In this document: positions 37,545 to 50,975 of the stretch, in pieces
How positions within the stretch are numbered: the stretch's first letter is position 1
Layout of the letters: every line of letters begins with the position of its first letter
NCBI GenBank assembly: GCA_951406725.2
Contig: OX597831.1
Span: 10,354,001 to 10,418,000 of the forward strand
Length of the DNA stretch: 64,000 nt
Direction of reading: 5' to 3'
From: Octopus vulgaris
Lineage: Eukaryota
Made by a program: the position numbers and the translations under genes
Notes under the pieces: generated by a model
Told to the model about the DNA's origin: nothing
The model's database searches: none
Seen by the model: only the letters and a program-made list of their open reading frames with translations

Positions 37545-37740
37545 ATGATTTCAAATTTTGGCCCGTCACCAGTAAATAGCCAAGAGAGGGGATAAGTCTA
37601 TCACATTGACCCCAGTCCTCAACTGGTACTTATTTTATGGACTCCGAATTGACGAAAGGCCAAGTCGAACTCAGCGGAATTAGTATTCAGAACGTAAGCA
37701 TTTTGCCCGGCGAGCTAACGATTCTGCCAGCTCGCCTCTT
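37545..37740 (-). mobile_element. SINE family B, degenerate
   Basis: gaccccagtcctcaactggtacttatttt..gaaaggccaagtcgaactcagcggaat..ttgcccggcgagctaacgattctgccagctcgcc. Confidence 0.75.
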
Positions 37741-37742
37741 TC

Positions 37743-37785
<43 letters not shown>

Positions 37786-40699
37786 TAAATCTCTCTAACT
37801 TATACACAATTCCCGCAATCTGTAGAAATTATTTGGACCCCCTTATTTGAGTGACGTTATATTTTATCGATCGTGAAGCGAAATCTAAGAGATTTGAACT
37901 CAGAACCTAAATGCTGCAAGTAAATATCATGCAGTCTCACGCTCTTCCGTTTGTGCAAATCAACCAACCAATCAATAATATTAATTATAGTAATGAATAT
38001 GCTTCCATCATTAACCTCGGGTGTTCAAAGAGGACAAGATGCTAAACATACAACAGCAATTGCTACGACACACATTTTTCCAGCCTCCTGGAACATAATC
38101 TGTAAAAGCCCGATCACACGTTCTCTCAGACCTAAACAAAATATTGTTGCGTAATGCTGTACTCAATTCCAATGGAATATTCTCTCTGCCTGATGTTTGT
38201 TGAAGAGACCATCAGGTAAAATCAGGCCCGTTTTTCAAGGAATATCGCTTTCTATTTTAGTCACTAGTTTAACTAACTAACTAACTAATAGTCTTCGGAG
38301 AGAACTCAATGAAATAAATTCAGTATTTTATCGGTATTTATGTAATTGACTATGGGAGTATAACATTTTACGTCGACCTTGGCGCCATTTGAACTCAGGT
38401 CCAAAAAGAGTATAAATAGAAATCACGTAATATCTTGCCTCCAAACGCTGCCATTTCATCCTTCTTTTTTCAAGGATAATTCTTTGACTACATAACTCTT
38501 CAATATAATGTAATTCCAAAATACAATCTCGGGTATATATCGGTAAACACGTATCATAATTAGATCAATTTTACATACATACAAAAACATCCATGTTTGA
38601 AATGTTTGTGAGTGTGTGTGTGTATATATATGTGTGCGGATGCGTGCCTGTGGGAACTCAGATGTATATATATGTAGATATATATGTATGTATGTATATG
38701 TATAAATAAATATATATATATATATATATATATTTATTTATTTATTTATCTATCTATCTATCTATCTATCTATATATATATATATATACACACATACATG
38801 TATATGTGTGTATGTTAGCATATACGTGTGTGTGTGTGTAGGGAAAGAGATTGAAAGATTAAATTACCACTCAGGGACAGAGTAATGCTGTATATATTTT
38901 ATATCTGCATGTAGGATCGAAATTTTATGACCTATAAAATGAAAAGAAACATCACGTGTGCAGACACGAAAGCAAATTGTTCCTCTTATTTGTTTAAATC
39001 TGTTTTCCATTGACGATAAAAATAAAATCGCAAAATGAAAAAGTGCAGAAAAACTCACAAACACTGCAAAGCAACATGGGCTTCAAGAAATTAAATTCCC
39101 TGTTAACCGATATATTGTGTTGAACACTAAGTGATATTTATTTGATTTATAGATGTTGCGGTTAATTAATGGTTGATATATTTCAGGAAGCTACGGGGGA
39201 CATCAGTAACATAATAGATGACATACAACATAGATTAACGGATGAAAATAGCTGAATAGGTAAACAACTGATGAGATTCTTATTATCAATCATAGTGAGA
39301 AAAAAAAAAGCAAGACGTTTTGTGGCTCGTGTAACTAAATGTAAATAGATTAGTTCAGATATGTTTTATGAAAATATATTTTTTAGCATAACTCAGTCGG
39401 AGAAAATAGCATTTTCCATCCGTGTAGCCGATGAGCTATCAGATTTTGTTCCTCGTTCACTTCTGCAGAAAGCTTAGGTTACTAGGGACGTAAACAAACC
39501 AACACTGGATGTCAATTGTTTATGGCAACAAACACAAACGCAAGGGTAAACACACACACACACACATATGCTCATGTATGTGCCTTTGTGTTTTTTCGTC
39601 AGTACGGCTTGAGAACTTGTGATCGTTTGCTTATTTCTTCATAGATTAGCCGTTGAGCACAAGAACAATAATATGAGTGACGAGGTTTTAAAAAATAAAA
39701 TGCGGGTCCAGTTTTGTTCAGGTATATTCCTCGAGGACGGTGCTCCGTTATAACTGTAGTGAAATCGCTGAAATGCATGAAAAAAAACAAAATATGATAA
39801 TTGAGGCAAATATTTTAAGCAAATATTTCTGTTTGACATATTCAATGTAAGTGTTGTGTATTTTTCAACCATATATTCCATGGCATAGGACGTCAGGTTT
39901 TTTGTTGGAAGGTCAATGGGTCATAAAATATAACCGAGGTTTTCAGGGTTATAACCTAAATAGATAACCTAAAATTCGATAGAACTTACTTTTATGTAGA
40001 TATGCACAACGCACCACAGGATGAAACCTCACTGAAGCCAGCAAAAACGCTTCCTCTTTGTCGTTGTTCGACCTATTAGAAATAACAACTAAGTTGCCCC
40101 CGTAAATTACACATTTTACGGATTTAAAAAAAGAACATGATAAAATAGATATATATTAGATATATATGAAACACTACAAACAAAAAAGATGATTGCTCAT
40201 AGATGGAATGCATTTAATCATAGATGGCTTTATTTAAAACAGGTCGAGTGATGTCGTAGAAATATTTATAAATATTAGATGTATGTGTACGATGTTTGTG
40301 TACGTATTGTCTTTACAGCACAGATAAAACTTCTGTCTTATGCATCTTTGTAATATTTTCATTGTCAAAGAATCATATATCAGACATTGATGACTGCATC
40401 TATGTGTAAGTCAGCACTATGGGTAGTTATATTTTACTTTAATTCTAATTGATTTATATTTCCATTTTACTCCTGCAACATCACTGTTGGTACTGCATGA
40501 ACACGGGTCAAACTAGTGTCGGGTATGATATGGTGATTAAACAGAAGAATTATTTGTTTCTCTGGAATGAGTCAAGTTGTGCAGACACGTCTGATGAAAC
40601 CCCAATAAGGCTCGAAAATCAATCAAAGTTGTTCTTCATATTTCCAATCTACAGAGAAGAGGCTATACTTACATTTGTATGTTTACTACACATGTCTAC

Positions 40700-40905
40700 A
40701 TATAGGGAGAGTTTACGAAAAACAAACAACAGACGAAGACAGGTGGTGTATAAAACAAACAGATGTATTAGTATAACGCTCAGGAGTAGAAAAGTCTTTT
40801 ACGTTTCGAGCCTATGCTCTTCTACAGAAAGGGACACGGAAAAAACAAGGAGAGAAACAAGGAGAGAAAAAATGTGTGTAGTGGCTAACGATCTATCATG
40901 GCGAT
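40700..40905 (-). mobile_element. Penelope-like terminal repeat with hammerhead-like motif (copy 2 of the 27140 family)
   Basis: Minus strand gtcccttt-CTGTAGA-a-GAGC-atag-GCTC-GAAA-CG-TA-aaagac at 40835-40794. Confidence 0.7.
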
Positions 40906-42039
40906 ACACTGTTTTATAAATCATCCATGAAAAGGTAATGCGATATTTGTCCTGAAGTCGTTCACCAATCTCCAAACTCTCCTGCTACACAGATATGCTG
41001 CATTCTCACTAGCATCTCTTACTGATCCCTACTGTAGACGCAGTCCCTCGGACATTGCCGTTCTCATCTCATATTTACTAACAACCATTCGTCTTCCCTC
41101 GCCTTGTTACATTGTCTGGTACGGTAGTACCCCCAGACACCGCGGAAACCACTGCACATGATGTCTTTATTTCCACAAGGTTTATGAACTCTAAAAATCT
41201 TTCTCTTCCAATGGATGTCGTAGATTAAGCGAACCACCATTACCCAAGAGGATCATCAACCGTGTCAAACTATCAGGTCTCTAAGAGGTTCCAAAAAACC
41301 ATAAGAACAGCTCACATCGCACGAGAAAATCATTAAAATATTCTGCTTGCAAATGTAGTTAGTTGCATTGGGAACATTAATTATCATATAGATGCGAAAT
41401 ATATTCAAGTGATGAAGAAGGAAAAAAAAACTCTAATGACGATGCAAATATTCAATTAATATAACGCTAACTTACGTGAATATAATTGCGATAATTAGCG
41501 GAGTTGAGATGTTGTCCCTGGTAACGACGATAGCAGTGGCGGCGGGAGGCTGGTAGTAATGGCGACGGTGGTGAAGTAGTGGTGATTCTAGTAGTAGAGT
41601 GGTCCCGGGCAAGGGTTCTGGTGTTTGTACTGGTAGGGATTGTTGTAAGTGTTGTTTTTGTTAAATTTGTAATGGATGTGCTGCTTATTGGTATAATAGA
41701 TGGCGTGGTGGTTGTTGAGTTGGAGATGGCAGATGTGGAGTGGCTTTAGAATGTATTATCGTTGCGGTAGTAATAAATGATGGCGCCGATGCTGGTTCTT
41801 CATGCTGCTGACGACACTAATAGCAGACTGCGAAGGGTTGTCGCAGTATTCATACGGTTATAAGTTGATGATCAGGATGAACATGCTTGTGGTGCTGGCG
41901 ATGACAGCCACGCTAATAAAGATGAGGGTTTCGACAAGGTCGGCCACGACGTCGATGATGATGATGATAATGTTGATGATGATAATGCTGCTGCTGGTAA
42001 TGTAGCTGCTGCTGTTGCTGTTGTTACTGTTGAACGTAG

Positions 42040-42391
42040 CGGTCTTCGTCCTGTAGTGGAAGAAGTCCGAATCGTGGTCCTTTGCTATTCGTAAGACCCG
42101 CAGAAGAGAAAGCAGGTCAACCCCCGACAGCGAGAGCATCGGCGGATGGATAAATTCGCATCCAGGCTCAGCGGTTGCGTAGGAAGTCGGGGACCAGAAA
42201 CAGGAAGAAAGAGTGAGAGTAAGTTGGAGCGAAAGAGTACAACAGGGGTCGCCACAACCCCCTGCCGGAGTCTCACGGAGCTTTTAGGTGTTTTCGTTCA
42301 ATAAATACACACAACGCCCGGTCTGGGAATCGAAACCACGATCCTCCGACCGCGAATCCGTTGCCCTAACCACTGGGCCATTGCGCCTCCA
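42040..42391 (-). mobile_element. SINE family C, long form
   Basis: 42200-42391 is nearly identical to 25596-25779; additional GC-rich body continues towards 42040. Confidence 0.8.
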
Positions 42392-42883
42392 CTGCTTCTG
42401 CTGCTGGTGATGATTATGATGATGATTATGATGATTACGAAGTGGATACTATTTGATAAATAATCTGCAAATGTTTGATATTGCTTGTTTGTTTGTAGTG
42501 TTACACATGGCTAATATTGTTTCATTTTAATTCCAGGCCATCCCTAGCCAAGCTACCCTATTCTCAGAACCTTTACAGATATAAACATCCTTTCGTTGTC
42601 TCCGATTTCACAGAGAACATCCGGGACAACACTCCCGAAATTCTTAATACAACATAGTTAAATTCCAAAAAGTAGATTATGCTTTGATTCAAAATTTATT
42701 TGCAATTTCAAACAGGTCGCATACATTGTAGATTTCCCTTATCGGATAGTAAATATGTATTGTGCTAATCCAGTACACATATTTTTAAGCTGTCGTTTAC
42801 GGATACATAAAGAATTGATATTCAATTACGCAATGATAATCTGTAGTAATGCTGATGTTCAGTGTTATACTGGAGATAATATG

Positions 42884-45086
42884 TATCTACTACACTGGTC
42901 AGGTTCTTGCCCTTTATTATATTCTACGTTATGAATGCTTAACGTGTATCCGAATAAGACTATTCATCTTAGTAAAGCCAATACACCTGGTTCATGTGAT
43001 ATCGCTGTAGGACAAGTCTCTTTCGTCATAGAATTATATTTTTTAATTAGGGTCTTCCATGAAATTTCATATTTTTTCTCAACCAGTCTCCTTCAAGGTT
43101 TGAATCCATTGAGTAAAAATGTATCACTCCTATCACTGTAATTTTTTGGTAAAATATATTCTTCCTTATATTCCCAAAATTTTCATTTTTTCCCTTTCAT
43201 ATTCACAAAAACATTTCTACCTCAGTCTACCTGTCATTATTTGGAACCATATTTTGTACTTTTAAATGTGTTTCTGAAAGTGATTTTTCTTGTTGTTTGT
43301 AATTGTTTAATTCCAGATAAGCCCTGAACAAGCTGCTGTGTAATTAAAAAAACTGGTTGGGCAAGGCTGGAATAATGCTGTAAAATGAAAGAAGCGTCTG
43401 TCTGTTGTGTTTGGGTTATGTTGTACAGCAGCCGTTTCGTCGCCATTTCGTTAAAGCATAATAGAATATGCCACGCTTCAATGTGTCCAACTACGCTTTG
43501 GTCTTGCTTTCCGTCACAGTAAGCTTTACATACCTTAGATTTGGGAACGAATATTCATTTAGTAACCAACGGCGATGTATAGGTAGAATTCTTAATGGGA
43601 AACGAGAAGTCGTACGGTGTCTGTCGTGGCTCTTTATATTCAGAGTTATTCATTGATAGGGTTAATTCAACACCCGGTTGAACATCACTCCTGACTCCTT
43701 GCATGATAATCAGAGAATTAGATGTATTCGAGATAGAAGCACTAACGTCCTAAGCAAAAAGATACCCGATCTTCCTGCACATGAATAAATAAAAGATAGC
43801 TGTAAAATTTATCTCCACAAGCGAAAACTTTAGAAATTAGATTCAAGTTTCACTTGCAGTTTATCTGGTGAAAGTTATGTCTTTCATGAACAGGCTTCGG
43901 CCTCTGGCAAGCAACAGGATAACATATATATAATATAATAATGTGTTGTAGTGACGCAATATATGTCTAGTCAGAAATGCGTCGAGGTTCTCGGCTCATA
44001 AAATTTGACATCGTCTTTTATCTTATCCGGCCACTGCTAATAAGAACGTAAATACATTGATATAAACTTCGTCTGTTTGTAAAAGCAAGAAAATGTAAAA
44101 TATAGAATTAAAAATTGCAGTCATTGGTTGGAATTGAAAATATCGCAGATGAATGGTGTTATCAGCTCATAAGTGTATTTCATAGAATTTATCATTATCA
44201 GCCAAGCAATTGTTCCTGTCCATTGAAAATAAAAATTATTAACTTGAAACAGGTTTCTCTCTGTACAACATGACGGACTCTGGCAATATATTTTGTAATC
44301 AAATATTTTGGTAAAAATAGCATTAACGTTGTTGGCTAAGAATCAGAATTAGAACTAGCTAATGGCATTGATTGTTATTATTCTTAAAACAGCCTTTCAA
44401 TCAAATAGAATAAAACGCATTCATAGCTCATTCTGATTTAATACTAGTTTCCAAGTTTAATTAAAGGAGAAGCAAATAAATTGTCCTACCGCATAAAATT
44501 TAATACCAGACGAGTTATAATTATATTCCGTTGTCATATATTAACCTGAGACACAAAACACACACACAAACACACACATACACCAATATATATAATGTAA
44601 GATGCCATTAATAGCTGTGCAATTATTAATGCCTCATAAGAGTGGACAAAAATAATAAATCCTAAAGATCGTAAGATTTTACAGATCCAAAAACACATTA
44701 AAAAGTACAAAATATGGTCCCAAATAATGACAGGTTGACTGAGGTAGAAATGTTTTTGTGAATATGAAAGGGGAAAAAATGAAAATTATGGGAATATAAA
44801 GAAGAATATATTTTACCAAAAAATTACAATGATAGGAATAATACATTTTTACACAATGGATTCAAATCTTGAAGGAGACTGGTTAGGAAAAAATATGAAC
44901 TTCCATGGAAAACCCTAATTAAAAAATATAATTCTATGACGAAAGAGACTTGTCCTACAGTGATATCACTTGAACCAGGTGTATTGACTTTACTAAGATG
45001 AATAGTCTTATTCGGATACACGTTGAGCATTCATAACTTAACTTAGAATATAATAAAGAGCAAGAGCGTGACCAGTGTAGTAGATA
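42884..45086. mobile_element. Non-autonomous element with ~390-bp terminal inverted repeats
   Basis: 42884-43273 and ~44690-45086 are diverged reverse complements; the paired track ORFs 42935+ and 45030- are near identical. Confidence 0.75.
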
Positions 45087-45829
45087 TCGTTATGTAGAGA
45101 CGAGTGTAGTAGATATCGTTATGTAAGAAGGCCACATGCAATAGGGTAGAGTCATCTGGTCAGCGACCACCCCCCAGTCAACATCGCAGCTCATATTGAA
45201 ATATTTTGGCGATCATGCTATTAAATGCGTGTTTCCATTCTTCATTTCTATACTAGATTGGAAAGGGTGAATCGAGAAAATAACTTTCAGATACTGAACA
45301 TTTCCTTGGATTGATATTAAATGGTTACTGTCGAATGCCAATGGCTTCAGAGACCATCGATTACAGGGGACAAATGTTGTATTTATGAATAAATGTTTTC
45401 TTTAGTTGAAGGTGTGCGTGTGTCGAGCGTAACCAGCTGAGCAGAAGCGCGTTCTTGCTTAGAAAACACACAAAACTGATAATAATGTATCTATACAATT
45501 GTTAAAATGTTGTCAATATTAGTAAAATACCCTGATCCATTCCAAGCACCATATATGTCGTTTCATAATGACGCCCGTTTTGAGCTGAAATGTTGCTAGT
45601 CGCACGCAATCAACTTTTGATGATAGAGATACAGAAACACCTCCCATCTTTTCTCTTGTGATATTACTTCACTTCAAGAGTCGTTACGTGAATTCACTTG
45701 GTGGGAAAAAAGTAACTGATGTGTCATTTTTTATTGGCGATGCAATTCATGCAGGAGAGTAAGTTTTTTCAATATTCAATATTTCAATATTTTAATATAT
45801 TATACATTTGCATAAGCATATAGAGAATT

Positions 45830-45867
<38 letters not shown>

Positions 45868-46668
45868 ACACCAAACATGCACGCAAACGAATAGACACAC
45901 ACTGTATGTTTTCTATAATATATTATTCATACGTTTATCTAAGACTCTACAAATATTCAAATGTAATCATTACTTTTTATTAGACTATTATATAATACTC
46001 AGTACTAATTTCTCGCTAATTCTGTATGCAATTTCTTCACAAAAATTAAGAAAAGAACATATATTAAAAATCTTTGTCATTTCCCAAGAAAGCTCGCCAA
46101 ACATCGTCATCGTTCGTATATTTTTCGAGGAAAAGTAACATATCTTCTAAAGTCAACCCAGTCCATAATTTACAGCATATCATAACCGAACAGATTAGCA
46201 AACACAGAATCATCCTTAATCCTCAAAGATAACCAAACACGCATCAAATTAATCATCCTTTACAAAATCCAGTTTCTTCCAATTCCTTTTCCCTTCGGAA
46301 AACATTTGATCAATAAAATTCAATTTTTAGGTTAATAAGAACTCCATATGTTTTCTTAGCCGACATCATGAACGCATTCCACTCGGCCGTTTAAGTGAAT
46401 CGATTGATTAACCCTTCTTTGACCATTTACGCAGTAAATTTCATTTCATGAATAAACTTACGGATTCTTAACCTGAAAAATTCAATCTCGAAAGCACGAC
46501 AGGGAAATTTAGCAAAACAAGAAAACATATCATATCTTCCTACTGAAATACTTCATCTTGAACGTTGCCAATTATAACATCAAAACATCCAATTTACTCA
46601 ACATCACTTCAAGAGTCATCCGCTTCTAATAGCTACACTTTAGGAAGCACTATGAATCTCATAAATAT

Positions 46669-46719
<51 letters not shown>

Positions 46720-46781
46720 TACACATACAGAAACACACACAAGCACACACACACCCCACACACACACACACACACACACAC

Positions 46782-46813
<32 letters not shown>

Positions 46814-46847
46814 CATATAAAATAATAAGTACATATTAGAGGGAAAC

Positions 46848-46896
<49 letters not shown>

Positions 46897-46959
46897 ACAT
46901 ATGATACAAGTCTATGGCATGTATCATATGCATCATATTAAAATTAAATAGCAATAATA

Positions 46960-47119
46960 TACCAAATATATACTATAATATAATATATTATTATTTTGCA
47001 ATTTACTTAATCATCGGTATATTAATGTTATTTTAATTTTAATGTTTCTATTATATGTAATTTTCTAGATGGTGTAATTTAATTGCTCATTTTGAATTGA
47101 TAAAAGATGTTTTTTTAAA

Positions 47120-47161
<42 letters not shown>

Positions 47162-47231
47162 CATTTTGTGAAATTTGATTTATTATTTCTAAATTGAATT
47201 ATTCCCTGTAAGTTAGGAATAATATTCCCTC

Positions 47232-47237
<6 letters not shown>
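46960..47237. repeat. Dispersed TA-embedded repeat, copy 2 (see 1596-1905)
   Basis: Same sequence blocks in the same orientation. Confidence 0.85.
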
Positions 47238-47285
<48 letters not shown>

Positions 47286-48000
47286 ATGAGGGAAGTAATC
47301 CGCATCCATTAAGCCAATATGCTATATGCTTAACACCTAAACATTTAGTTACACGTATTTAATGAAGACGATGCTGCGTTGCACCTCTTAAAATACTTTG
47401 GTATTTCGTTCAGAAAGGAACGAAAGAAGTTAGTACGGAGTTACTAAATATCTCCATGAAGATGTCAAGCCTTTAATATTGTTCTTAAATTCAACTTGGG
47501 ACAGCAACAAGTCAGCTTAACATTACATATAAAGACATCTGAGTTTCTAATACATGCCTTATATTGTCCACCTGTGCCCTCAAGTGAAATGGTTAACCCC
47601 AAAATAATAAAAGACATGTTAATGTACTACTAGCGTGGGTGTCAGCTTCAGGTTTTATGAGTATTAAATGGCGCATACGACACGTAATTCTTAAAATGAC
47701 GCGTCGTGGACAAAATCAATTAGAACCTTTACTCGATCACTCTCTCTCCCTTTCTCTCTCCGCCCCTTCTCTCGCTCTCCACACCGATTACTGTGAGTCA
47801 AATAACAGGTCAAATAATAGTCTCTCCGACAAGGAACAACACGATTACAGACATCTGCTTCATTATCAGAAGGCAGCTTATACACAATGTGAAGGAAATT
47901 ACATCGGTCCAATTATCGGTTCTGAGGAAGATAGGAAACATTGATACTGGAATTCTGGCTGCAAACTGCTTCCACGAAATTGTACCAATTACGCAGGTAA

Positions 48001-48066
<66 letters not shown>

Positions 48067-48088
48067 CTCTCTATATATATGTGTATAT

Positions 48089-48124
<36 letters not shown>

Positions 48125-48139
48125 CTATTTATCTGTCCG

Positions 48140-48203
<64 letters not shown>

Positions 48204-48575
48204 CCTATCTATTTTTCTATATATGTGTCTATGTATCTGTCTATCTGTTTGTCTATCTGTTCACCTATCTAATTATCTATCTATATACCTGTCTATCTAT
48301 TTACCTATTTATCTTTCTATTTATCAATCAATCGAACTAATACTATTATCTCTCTCCCGCATTTCTCTTGAGATCTGATCGTAATAGAAAATGGCTACTT
48401 CTCAATAGATGTGAAAGAATCATTTGAAAATTGTTATTAATTTATATGTAAATACACACACACACACACACACGAACACATATATGCGTGTCTATGTTTG
48501 TGAGCCTGCAAGTATGCAAGTATATATGCATTGATACATATACATATATGCACACACACACACATACACACACAC

Positions 48576-48610
<35 letters not shown>

Positions 48611-48681
48611 TGTACAAACACATACACACACGCACATATATATATATATATATATATACACCTGTTCATATATTCATATAT

Positions 48682-49046
48682 TCTTTTATTCTCTTATTAG
48701 TTTCAGTCATTTGACTGCGGCCATGCTGGAGCACCTCTTTTAGACGAGCAAATTGACCCCAAAACTTATTCTCTGTAGGCCCAGTACTTATTCTAGCGGT
48801 CTCTCTCATAAACTCACCAGCAACGCTTGTCACGCGATGTTGGGGGACAAACACAGACGCACAAACATATACATACATATATATCTATATACGACGGGCT
48901 TCTTTTAGTTTCCGTCTGCCACATCCACTCACAAGGCTTTGGTCGGCCCGAGGCTATAGTAGAAGACACTTGCCCAAATTGACCCGCAGTGGGACTGAAC
49001 TCGGAACCATGTGGTTAGTAAGCAAGCTACTTACCACACAGCCACT
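48682..49046 (-). mobile_element. SINE family A
   Basis: Reverse complement of the 6879-7315 pattern. Confidence 0.9.
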
Positions 49047-49436
49047 TAAATATATGTGTGTATGTGTGTGCGTGTGTTGATATAATACACACACACATAG
49101 ACACATATATGTAAGCACATGAATATAGGTTTCTACATTTCTGTATTAAAGATGTCCCAGGCAAAGGAGAATAAAAATAACAACAGAACATGGACCATCA
49201 AAGACTTCAAACGTAAAAAACCTATCATGATCCCAGCAAAAACCCCGGTACAAACACAATAGCAGACAAGTAAATAAAATTGCCTCCAGCCCTATCGATT
49301 TATGGCCTCAATTCCTCGAGTGAGATTGGATTCTACGATATTCATGTTGCTCTTACATGTAGAATCGTTAGAATTAAGTTTTCATGCTTATGTTGGAGAA
49401 CAAACGTTTTGTGTCCAACCTCTATCGCTATATCAG

Positions 49437-49494
<58 letters not shown>

Positions 49495-50062
49495 ATGTAC
49501 TGATCCGTGATAGAAAACTCAACATGTATTGTAACCTTTAAATAAATAATATATATAAATGTAATATATATATACAAATATAGAGAGGAGAGATAGAAAG
49601 AGGAAGTGTGTAAATGGGAAAGCAAAAGCTGTCTGCGTCTGCAGGAAAAGTAAGACAATACTGACGTCGGGAGTGCGGTAACGGACGTTTCGGAGAGGAT
49701 GTCCTTTAGTATCAAGACGAAGAAGATGAAAGAGAAAGTGTAAAAACTGTTTGTTTATTCTTACTGCACCTGAGAGAGAAAAAGTTTCGATACTCTTACG
49801 GCGCCTGAGAGAGAAAAAGTAAATGAACGCGAGAAAAGAGAAATACGCAGGAAGTTTATGAGAGAAAAATTGGGTGAAAATGGGAGAACGAATAAGAAAG
49901 AAATGAAAAATGGATGTGTAACTGACGACAGAGTAGAAGAAAAAACTTAAATGTGACAGGCGCTGAAGGAAAGAGCTCCGGTTATGACAGGGAACATTCA
50001 AAGGTAGAATCTAACTTATATTTTCACAATTAAATATTATTTTTTCATGAAAAGAAAACAAT

Positions 50063-50400
50063 AAAACAATTTCAGCGTGGAAGGTGTTTATGAGCCATTT
50101 ACGAAACACACTAAAACCATTAGATTCACTTCAACATTTAAATTTAATTTGTCAAAATATTTTTCTCGCTTTGAAACCGTGACCTGTTCACTGACAAAAT
50201 TTTGCGCTGCAGCAGGGAACAGGTCGCGGTCTGTAAGCGAGGAAACATATTTTGACAAATTAAATTTAAATGCTGAAGTGAATCTAATGGTTTTTGTGTA
50301 TTTCTTAAATGGCTTATAAACACCTTCCACGCTGAAATTGTTTTCGCTCTAGCACACGATCTCGGATCAGGTCACTCGCTATGCAAGTACATCTCCGTAA
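50063..50400. mobile_element. Inverted pair of Penelope-like terminal repeats, same family as 31814-32190; hammerheads decayed
   Basis: 50063-~50192 is the reverse complement of ~50213-50344; the right copy continues to gcaagtacatctccgtaa. Confidence 0.85.
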
Positions 50401-50599
50401 AAATAATAAAAGTTGTTTGTAATTCAACAATCGTTAATCGAGATATTTCTTGGTTGTTTTCTGTTATTTTTCTTCTGTTGATATTTTGTTTATTTCTATC
50501 AAGTTACTGTTTTTGTTAAGATCAAGGCATAACAAGCTGTGCTATGATCAGCTATTTTCCGTCGTATTCTTTTGGAGTATAGTCTATTTGTAAACAGCG

Positions 50600-50818
50600 T
50601 CGTGGCTGTGCAGGAAGACGCTTGCTTCTCAACTACACGGTCCCGGGTTCAGTCTCACTCCGTGGCATCTTGGGCAAGTGTCTTCTTCTATAGACTCAGA
50701 CCGACCAATGTATCTGTATGTGTGTGTATTCGTGTCTGCGTTTACGCACCACCACCACCACCACTTGACAACGGCTGTTGGTGTACTTACGTCCCTGCAA
50801 CTTAGCTGAGCGGCAAAC

Positions 50819-50860
<42 letters not shown>

Positions 50861-50975
50861 ATAAATGCCAGAGTTAAAAATTAAATTTAAGAACTTGGGT
50901 CGATTTGTTCGACTGAAATTCTTGAAGGCGTTGCCCCAGTATGGCCGAAATCAAATGACTGAAACAAGTAATAAA
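50600..50975 (+). mobile_element. SINE family A, degenerate
   Basis: gggttcagtctcactccgtggcatcttgggcaagtgtcttc..caaatgactgaaacaagt. Confidence 0.75.

Noticed and set aside
42935-45030. Pair of near-identical 68-aa ORFs on opposite strands (similar pairs at 31825/31985, 50077/50088 and 1904/2271)
   Set aside because: A by-product of inverted repeats; no evidence of coding.
49590-50010. Purine-rich stretch with a ~27-bp direct repeat and a CTGACGA..GAAA pattern
   Set aside because: No stem II pairing and no continuous ORF; cannot be assigned.
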